Below are positions 7,841 to 14,364 of a DNA stretch of 16,953 nt, piece after piece. Position numbers and translations under genes: made by a program. Numbering within the stretch: position 1 is the stretch's first letter; every line of letters begins with the position of its first letter. The DNA lies in the NCBI GenBank assembly GCA_044226625.1, contig JBGAGQ010000096.1, positions 1 through 16,953 on the forward strand, given 5' to 3'. The DNA comes from Thermoanaerobaculia bacterium (GTDB taxonomy: Bacteria; Acidobacteriota; Thermoanaerobaculia; Multivoradales; UBA5704). Under the pieces are notes generated by a model, which saw only the letters and a program-made list of their open reading frames with translations, was not told the origin of the DNA and did no database searches.

Positions 7841-8461
7841 ATGAGCGACAAGAGCGACAAGACCGTGGGCATCAGCTTTCGGGAGGTGATGTCGGGCGGT
7901 TTCGCCCTCGGCGAGACCGATCCGGCCGCAGGCAAGACGAAGGGCCGGCAGGAGGGGACCGAGCTGACGCTTCACGGCTCGATCCGGATCGACGATATCG
8001 ACCGCTTCATCGCCGAGCCCGATCATGCGGGCGAGCTGTCGGGAGCGATCGACTTCACCCCGTTCGGCGACGGCCTCGCCTCGACCTCCGGGGTCTTCAA
8101 CTTGTTTCGTCCGACCGACGATCCGAAGCTCAAGCTGATGGTCTACGAGATGGGTTTCTCTCACGCGGGGAAGGCCTATTACTTCGCGGGGCAGAAGAAC
8201 GTTCGCGACGACGAGCTGTTCGATCTTTGGCGGGACACGACGACGCTCTATTCGACCCTGCACGAAGGGACCGACAAGAGCGGACCGACGATCGGCGCCG
8301 GGGTGCTCACGCTCGGCGTCCGCCAGCTCATCGACCTGATCCGCACCCTCGAGGCCCCGGGCTCCTCGTCGTTCGGAGAGAAAGCCGACGCCCTGGCCAG
8401 GTTCGGGCGCTTCTTCCTCGGCGAGCTCTGGGACACCTACGTCAAGCACACCAAGAGCTGA
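7841..8461 (+). CDS. Conserved hypothetical protein: stand-alone copy of the domain often fused C-terminally to cholesterol-oxidase-like GMC enzymes
   Basis: AGGAG RBS. The pattern 'GISFREVMSG', 'IDDIDRFIAEPDHAGELSGAI', 'GVFNLF', 'MVYEM', 'LWRDTTTLY' and 'RFGRFFLGELWDTY' matches what I recall for this GMC-associated domain. Confidence 0.75.
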   Translation: MSDKSDKTVGISFREVMSGGFALGETDPAAGKTKGRQEGTELTLHGSIRIDDIDRFIAEPDHAGELSGAIDFTPFGDGLASTSGVFNLFRPTDDPKLKLMVYEMGFSHAGKAYYFAGQKNVRDDELFDLWRDTTTLYSTLHEGTDKSGPTIGAGVLTLGVRQLIDLIRTLEAPGSSSFGEKADALARFGRFFLGELWDTYVKHTKS

Positions 8462-8497
8462 TCGCCCCCGCGCCGAATCGCCGAGGCGCCGCACGCG

Positions 8498-9892
8498 ATG
8501 AGCCTCCTGACGTTTCGTGATCCCCGGCTCTCGCGCTGGCAATCGGTCGTCGACGAGGTGTTGAGCCGCGGCTCGGAAGGCTCGACGCCCGGTACGCGCC
8601 GACCGACTCTTGATCACCCCGACGCCGCTGCGGCGGCATCCGCTTGTGCCCACGCCACGACCACGGCAGGCGCCGGCGCCGCATCAGCGGCCTCCGACCC
8701 CGGCGGTCCGCCGGTGTTTTCGAGCTCGAAGCCCCCCAGGACGCGGGACGAGTGTGCGCGGCTCGCGTTGCGCCTGGCCACCGCGAAGGTCGAGCGAAAG
8801 CCGGCCGAGGAGATCGAGGCGCTCGAAGAGGATCTCAAGTTCGGCGTCTGCGATCCGGTCTGGGCGGCCGTGGTCGCCCAATACGTCGCCGTCGTCGACG
8901 TCGAAAAGGACGCGATCCCCTATCGGCCATCGACCGGGCCGGGCGATCCGGCGCCTCTCGTCCTGCCCGAAAACGCCACGGTGGCCTTCCTCGGGGACTG
9001 GGGCACCGGCACGCCGGAGGCGATCGCCCTCCTGGAGAAGGTGGCCGCCCACCGGCCGGACGTCCTGATCCACCTGGGAGACGTCTACTACAGCGGCACA
9101 GAACGGGAGAACGACGAATACTTCCTCGCCCCGATCGACAGGATCTTCGGCCGCGGGGGCGATCGGCCGCTCCCGGTGTTCGCGCTGCCTGGAAACCACG
9201 ACATGTACTCGGGGGGCGCCGGCTACTACCGTACGCTCGACCGTCTGAACCGGCCGCCGTTCGCCCCGGAGGGGCAGCTTCAAACCCACAGCTTCTTCGC
9301 CCTGCGAAGCTCCGGCTGGCAGATCCTCGGGGTGGACACCGCGCTTCATGACGAGGACCTGTTCGATGTCGCGACCTCGATGACCTACCTCGAAGAGCCC
9401 GAGCTCGCCTGGATGAAAGACAAGATCCGGGGCGCGGCCGGCCGGCGCACGATCCTGCTCTCGCACCATCAACTCTTCTCGGCCTTCGTCGCGATCGGCC
9501 CGGAAGAGAACGGCGACCGCACGATGAATCCGCGCCTTCGGGCGCAGCTCGACGACGTTCTCGGCTCGATCGACCTCTGGCTCTGGGGGCACGAGCACAA
9601 CCTGGCGATTTTCGCCCCCTACGCCGGCCTCGCGCGGGGCCGCTGCATCGGTCATGGCGCGATTCCGGTTCTCGCGAGCCTCGATCCCTACACGCCGCGC
9701 GCGGTCGGAAAGATTCCCCTCCTGCCGAGTCCCACCGATCCCGCTCAGCCGATCCGCCTCGGCACGACGGGCGAGGCCTACAACCACGGTTACGTCATCG
9801 CCCGCCTCGACGACGCCGCGAAAACGGCGCGCGTCTCGTACTACCAGGATGCGGGGGACGAGCTGATGTTCGAGGAGGTGGTCGGGGGGTGA
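8498..9892 (+). CDS. Calcineurin-like metallophosphoesterase with an N-terminal extension of about 160 aa
   Basis: All five motif blocks are present: FLGDWGTG, IHLGDVYYSG, LPGNHDMY, LSHHQ and WLWGHEH. Confidence 0.92.
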   Translation: MSLLTFRDPRLSRWQSVVDEVLSRGSEGSTPGTRRPTLDHPDAAAAASACAHATTTAGAGAASAASDPGGPPVFSSSKPPRTRDECARLALRLATAKVERKPAEEIEALEEDLKFGVCDPVWAAVVAQYVAVVDVEKDAIPYRPSTGPGDPAPLVLPENATVAFLGDWGTGTPEAIALLEKVAAHRPDVLIHLGDVYYSGTERENDEYFLAPIDRIFGRGGDRPLPVFALPGNHDMYSGGAGYYRTLDRLNRPPFAPEGQLQTHSFFALRSSGWQILGVDTALHDEDLFDVATSMTYLEEPELAWMKDKIRGAAGRRTILLSHHQLFSAFVAIGPEENGDRTMNPRLRAQLDDVLGSIDLWLWGHEHNLAIFAPYAGLARGRCIGHGAIPVLASLDPYTPRAVGKIPLLPSPTDPAQPIRLGTTGEAYNHGYVIARLDDAAKTARVSYYQDAGDELMFEEVVGG

Positions 9893-12210
9893 AGCACGGC
9901 GGGATTCGGGCTCAGAGCCGTTTCGAAAAATGGAACGGCTTGGATGCCGATCGACTCGATCAGATGCTCGGTCTGCCGCGTTTCCTAGGCCGATCGGGAA
10001 GGACGACGCGCCTGGCCGAGCTGCTCGCGGATTTCGGCTTTCTTCAGGCCAAGTTGTCGAAGCGAGGACCCGCGGCCCTGCTCGCCGATTTCGCCGCGGT
10101 GAACGACCCCGCCCTGGCCCCGATTCGCGACGCCCTGCGCAACGCGGCGGCGGTGCTCGAGGAGCAGCCGCTCGAGCTGCCGACCCAGCTGCTCGCTCGC
10201 TTGAGCGCCGCCGCCGAGCCGCCGGTTCCGGCTCTCTTGGAGCAAGCCCGGCGCGCCGATTTCGGGCCCTGGATTCTTCCCGTCAATCCGTGCCTCGGAA
10301 GGCCCGGTTCCTCGCGGCTCGCGACCCTGCGCGGCCATACGGCGCAGGTCACCTCGGTCGCCGCGCTGCCCGACTCCCGACATGCCGTCTCCGGATCGAG
10401 CGATCACACCTTGCGGCTCTGGGATCTACAGGAAGGGGTGTCCGTGCGCCCGATGGTAGGGCATGCCGGACCGGTCTACGGCGTGGCCGTCTCCCCCGAC
10501 GGCAAGCTCGCCGTCTCGGCCTCCGACGATCGCACCGTCAGGGTGTGGGACGTTTCGACCGGCGCTCTTCGGTGGACGCTCCACGGCCATGCGGGGCGCG
10601 TCCGGGCGGTCGCGACGACCCCCGACGGCCGGTGGGTGATCTCGGGCTCGGAAGATGGGACCTTGAAGGTTTGGGATCTCGCCGCCGGCACGTTGCTGCG
10701 CACCCTGGAAAGGCACGCGGGCGAGGTCTTCGCGGTGGCCGTCGCCCTGGACGGCAGGTTCGCCTTTTCGGGTTCGATGGACCGGACGATCAAAGTTTGG
10801 GATCTGGACGAAGGCCGGTTGCGCTCGACGCTCTCCGGGCACGGCGACTCCGTCTGGGCGATCGCGCCGATTCCGAACGCCCCGCGGATCGTCTCCGCCT
10901 CGACGGACGGAACGCTCAAGGTTTGGGACCTCGACGCCGAGCGCGAGCTCCGTACGCTCGGCGAACCGGGTCCGGCGGTGACTTCGCTCGCCGTGACCGC
11001 CGACGGCCGATCCGTCTTCGCCGACTCGGGCGGCTGGACACTCGTGCGTTGGGACCTCGATCGCGGCGAGGTGGTCGCGCGTTTCGCGGGGCACAGCACC
11101 TATCTGAACGCGGTCGCCTTGACGCCGGACGGATCGAAAGCGATCTCGGCCTCGGAGGATCTGACGCTCCGGGTTTGGAATCTCGCGGGCGGGGGCGACC
11201 TGCCGCAGCCGCATCATGCCGAGGCGGTCGTCTCGATCTCCTGCACTCCCGAGGGGCGCGCCGTCACCGCGTCGAACGACGCGACGTTGAAGGTCTGGGA
11301 TCTCGCCACGGGCGAGGAGCGGCTGAGCCTCACGGGGCACGACGCCCATGTGGTGGCGGTCGTCGTCACGCCAGACGGACGGCGCGCGGTCTCCGGCTCC
11401 GGCGACCGCACGGTCAAGGTATGGAATCTGGACACTGGTGCCGAGATCTGCACCGGACGAGGCCACACCGACGAGCTGGTGAGCCTCGCCTTGACGCCCG
11501 ACGGCCGCCGCGCCGTATCCGGCGCGAAGGACCATACGGTCGCGGTGTGGGATCTCGAGAGCGGCGAATGCCTTGCTCGGCTCAAGGGGCACGAGGAATG
11601 GGTGACCTCGGTCGCCGTCTCGCCGGACGGGCGCCTCGCGCTCTCCGGTTCCAGGGATCGAACGCTCAAGGTTTGGGACCTTTCGAGCGGGACGTTGCTT
11701 CGCACGCTCGTCGGCCACGAGGGCTGGGTCAACGAGGTCGCGATCCTGCCGGACGGCCGCCGCGCCGTCTCGGTCTCGGAAGATTTCACCGTGCGGGCGT
11801 GGGATCTCGAGACCGGCGAGGCGCTGTTCTGCGCGAACGCGGGAGGCTTCATGGTCTATGCCCTGGCCGTCAGCCCCGACGGTCGCCGAGCGATCACCGG
11901 TGGAGCCGACCTCGCCGTGCGGATCTGGGATCTCGCGACGGGCGAGGAGGTCGACTGTTATTGGCACTCGCGCGGCCTCTATGGTGTCAAAAACGTGATC
12001 GTGACGCCCGACGGATCGAAGGTCGTCTCGGTCGCGGACGACGGATCGTTGCAGGTCTGGGACCTCGAGCGAGGCGAGTGGATTTCGACCTACCACGGTG
12101 AGCAGATGTTCTTCGTCTGCGCGGCGGCGCCGGACGGCAAGACTCTGATCGCCGGAGATCGGCTGGGGTTCGTCCACATCCTGCGACTCGTGGGGTGGGA
12201 AGACCTCTGA
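9889..12210 (+). CDS. APAF-1-helical-domain-like + 15 WD40 repeats (7+8 double beta-propeller); no NTPase
   Basis: The GTG start overlaps the upstream TGA (GTGA). N-terminal 'LPRFL..SG...RLAELLADFGFLQAKLSKRGPAALLADF...IRDALR...L.EQP.ELPTQLLARL'. I counted 14 GH..WD-type repeats plus a terminal 'CAAAPDGKTLIAGD..GFVHILRL' blade. Confidence 0.92.
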   Translation: MKHGGIRAQSRFEKWNGLDADRLDQMLGLPRFLGRSGRTTRLAELLADFGFLQAKLSKRGPAALLADFAAVNDPALAPIRDALRNAAAVLEEQPLELPTQLLARLSAAAEPPVPALLEQARRADFGPWILPVNPCLGRPGSSRLATLRGHTAQVTSVAALPDSRHAVSGSSDHTLRLWDLQEGVSVRPMVGHAGPVYGVAVSPDGKLAVSASDDRTVRVWDVSTGALRWTLHGHAGRVRAVATTPDGRWVISGSEDGTLKVWDLAAGTLLRTLERHAGEVFAVAVALDGRFAFSGSMDRTIKVWDLDEGRLRSTLSGHGDSVWAIAPIPNAPRIVSASTDGTLKVWDLDAERELRTLGEPGPAVTSLAVTADGRSVFADSGGWTLVRWDLDRGEVVARFAGHSTYLNAVALTPDGSKAISASEDLTLRVWNLAGGGDLPQPHHAEAVVSISCTPEGRAVTASNDATLKVWDLATGEERLSLTGHDAHVVAVVVTPDGRRAVSGSGDRTVKVWNLDTGAEICTGRGHTDELVSLALTPDGRRAVSGAKDHTVAVWDLESGECLARLKGHEEWVTSVAVSPDGRLALSGSRDRTLKVWDLSSGTLLRTLVGHEGWVNEVAILPDGRRAVSVSEDFTVRAWDLETGEALFCANAGGFMVYALAVSPDGRRAITGGADLAVRIWDLATGEEVDCYWHSRGLYGVKNVIVTPDGSKVVSVADDGSLQVWDLERGEWISTYHGEQMFFVCAAAPDGKTLIAGDRLGFVHILRLVGWEDL
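10327..12189 (+). repeat. WD40 coding repeats (about 126-nt period, e.g. recurring ACGCTCAAGGTTTGGGACCT-like units)
   Basis: Roughly 42-aa repeats with the consensus GH...V..VA..PDGR.AVSGS.D.TLKVWDL. Confidence 0.85.
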
Positions 12211-12211
12211 T

Positions 12212-14317
12212 ATGGCCTCGGAGGTCGAGCTCTACGGGCTGCAGAGCCTTGCCCGTCACCTCGTCGACAGCGCCGACGCCGAGCGTCTGAACGCCCTCCT
12301 GTCGCGGTTCGATTTCCTGCGCCGCAAGCTCGCCGCCGTGGGCCTGGTCGAGCTGTTGGCCGATTTCGATCGGCTGCCGCCGGACGCGCCGCTACGCTCG
12401 GTACAGGCCGCCCTCCGGCTGTCGGCTCCGGCACTGCAGCGCGAGCCGCGGGAGCTCGCGGGGCAGCTGGTCGGCCGCCTCTCCGCCGCGACGCCCGAGG
12501 GGGTCCGATTGCTACGGGACGCCGAAGCCCACCCCGACGGACCGTCGCTCGTTCCGCGGTCGCCTTCTCTCCTTTCCGCGACGGGTGGGCTGCGCCAGGC
12601 GTTGCGAGCGGGAGGGGGCCATCTCGCGGTCACCGCCGACGGGCGCTGGGTTATCGCGGGTGGGAGCATTGTCTGGGTCTGGGACCTGACCGGCGTCCGG
12701 CCGCTGCGCTGGTTTCGCGGTCCCCGGAGCGGCATGAGCGCGATGGCCCTCGCCCCCGACCCGCGTTGGCTGATCGTCGCCGATCCGAAGGGAGGCCTCG
12801 CGATCTATCTCTGGGAAACCGGTCAGCGCAGTCACCGGTGGAGAGGGCACCCAGGGGGTGCCACGGCGGTCGCCGCCCTCGACGGGAACCGCTTCCTCTC
12901 CGCGGGAAAGGACGGCCTGATCAAGCTTTGGAGCTTGAAGGGCGGTCGCGCGCTCGCGACGTTTCGCGGCCACGACACCGAGGTGGTCGGGTTGGTGGTC
13001 GCCCCCGACCGAACCCGGTTTGCGAGCGGTTCGGTCGACGGCGCGATCCTCGAATGGAGCCTCGACGCCGGGGCTCCGGCGCGTCGTCTCGCGAGAGGCC
13101 CCGAGCGGCTCGAGGCGCTCCTCGGCAGTCCGGACGGGAGGTTTCTCGTCGCGTCCGGGGCCAAGCCGAAGGTCGTGATCTGGGACTGGGCGTTTGGCGA
13201 GGTGGTCCGCGAGATGTCTTCTCCCGACGCTTCGACGCCACGGCTCGCGATCACCCCGGACAGCCGACGGCTCGCGATCTCCTCGAGCTCCGAGATGCGG
13301 CTCTGCGATCTACCGCCGGGGGACGAGAGCCGAGTCGTGGCGCGCGGCCGCGTCGGCGGCCGGATCGCTTTTCTGCCGAGCGGCGAGCGCTGGGTCAACG
13401 ACGAATCGGGATTGCGCGAATGGGAGCTGACGCGCGAGGTCGTCGCCGATCCCGGTCCGGGATCTCAATCGCTTGCGGTCACCTCGGACGGTCGCCTGGC
13501 GGTGGCGGGGTCGCCTGACGGCTCGATCGCGGTTTGGGATCTCTCAACCCGGCACGAGGAGCTGCGCTTCGCCGCTTCGTCGGTCTCGCTCGGCGCGCTG
13601 GCGCTGTCGCCGGACGGTCGGCAGGTCTTCGTCGGCGACCGCCAAGGCGGCATTCACCGTTTCGATCTCCGAACGGGGGAGAGGTTGCCGGCGCCTCGGC
13701 CGCTCGAACCGGGCAATGGAGTGGCGGCGCTCGAGCTCACCGACGATGGCCGGCACCTGGTGGCCGGCGCGGTCTGGGGAGACGTTCTCGCCTGGGACCT
13801 CGCGGAGGAGCGCCTGATCTCCGAGCATCGATTCGAGCCGTCCTACCTGATCACCCTCGCTCTCATCCCGGGTACGACGCAAGCGATCGTCTGCTGTAAC
13901 GACGAAGACGACCAATCTCCCTGGGTCCTCGACTGGAGAGAAGGCCGGCGGTTGCGACGCATCGGGGGCCGCCACGACGCCGTAATCGCCGTGGCGGTTT
14001 CGGCCGACGGCCGCCGCGCGGCGACCGGCGGGCAGAGCGGGAGCCTCAAGGTCTGGAGCCTACGGGGCAGGCATCCGACCTACTTCCCGGGGCATGGCGG
14101 CGGCGTGAATTCCATCGCGTTCCTTCCCGGCGGGCGCCAGGTCGTGGCGGTGGCCCTGGAGGGAATCCTCCGCGTCTGGGAAGTCGCCACCCGGAAATGC
14201 CTCGCCACCTTTACCGGCGATTCGGGTTTCCGCCGCTGCGCCGTCGCTCCGGATGGCCGGACGATCGTGGTTTCCGGCGAGAAGGACGAGCTGCATTTCC
14301 TCCGCTGGCGCCGTTGA
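12212..14317 (+). CDS. APAF-1-helical-domain-like + about 14 divergent WD40 repeats; no NTPase; paralog of the upstream gene
   Basis: ATG lies 1 nt after the previous stop. N-terminal 'YGLQSLARHLVDS....RLNALLSRFDFLRRKLAAVGLVELLADFD...VQAALRLSA..L...P.ELAGQLVGRL'. WD40 blades follow, ending in 'TFTGDSGFRRCAVAPDGRTIVVSGEKDELHFLRW'. Confidence 0.9.
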   Translation: MASEVELYGLQSLARHLVDSADAERLNALLSRFDFLRRKLAAVGLVELLADFDRLPPDAPLRSVQAALRLSAPALQREPRELAGQLVGRLSAATPEGVRLLRDAEAHPDGPSLVPRSPSLLSATGGLRQALRAGGGHLAVTADGRWVIAGGSIVWVWDLTGVRPLRWFRGPRSGMSAMALAPDPRWLIVADPKGGLAIYLWETGQRSHRWRGHPGGATAVAALDGNRFLSAGKDGLIKLWSLKGGRALATFRGHDTEVVGLVVAPDRTRFASGSVDGAILEWSLDAGAPARRLARGPERLEALLGSPDGRFLVASGAKPKVVIWDWAFGEVVREMSSPDASTPRLAITPDSRRLAISSSSEMRLCDLPPGDESRVVARGRVGGRIAFLPSGERWVNDESGLREWELTREVVADPGPGSQSLAVTSDGRLAVAGSPDGSIAVWDLSTRHEELRFAASSVSLGALALSPDGRQVFVGDRQGGIHRFDLRTGERLPAPRPLEPGNGVAALELTDDGRHLVAGAVWGDVLAWDLAEERLISEHRFEPSYLITLALIPGTTQAIVCCNDEDDQSPWVLDWREGRRLRRIGGRHDAVIAVAVSADGRRAATGGQSGSLKVWSLRGRHPTYFPGHGGGVNSIAFLPGGRQVVAVALEGILRVWEVATRKCLATFTGDSGFRRCAVAPDGRTIVVSGEKDELHFLRWRR

Positions 14318-14364
14318 GCCGGTCCGTCGGCCACGGTGCCGAGCGACGTTGTCCGGTGATCGAG

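Noticed and set aside
6355-8653. ORFs 6355-7743 (+), 7331-8653 (-) and 7771-8520 (+) crossing the intergenic region
   Set aside because: They overlap well-supported genes that have clear RBSs, and show no recognisable domains.
9930-12177. 723-aa (+) and 583-aa (-) ORFs with apparent periodicity
   Set aside because: The periodicity is inherited from the WD40 repeats. The Arg/Gly/Pro-rich translations have no independent domain signal.
10327-12189. Recurrent ~20-nt DNA repeats resembling a CRISPR or DGR-type array
   Set aside because: They are in-frame codons for TLKVWDL with synonymous variation. There are no identical repeats with unique spacers, and no cas or reverse transcriptase gene.
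14318-14364. Possible terminator between convergent genes (TCGGC-N6-GCCGA hairpin)
   Set aside because: The stem is short, there is no U-tract on either strand, and such hairpins are expected by chance at this GC content.
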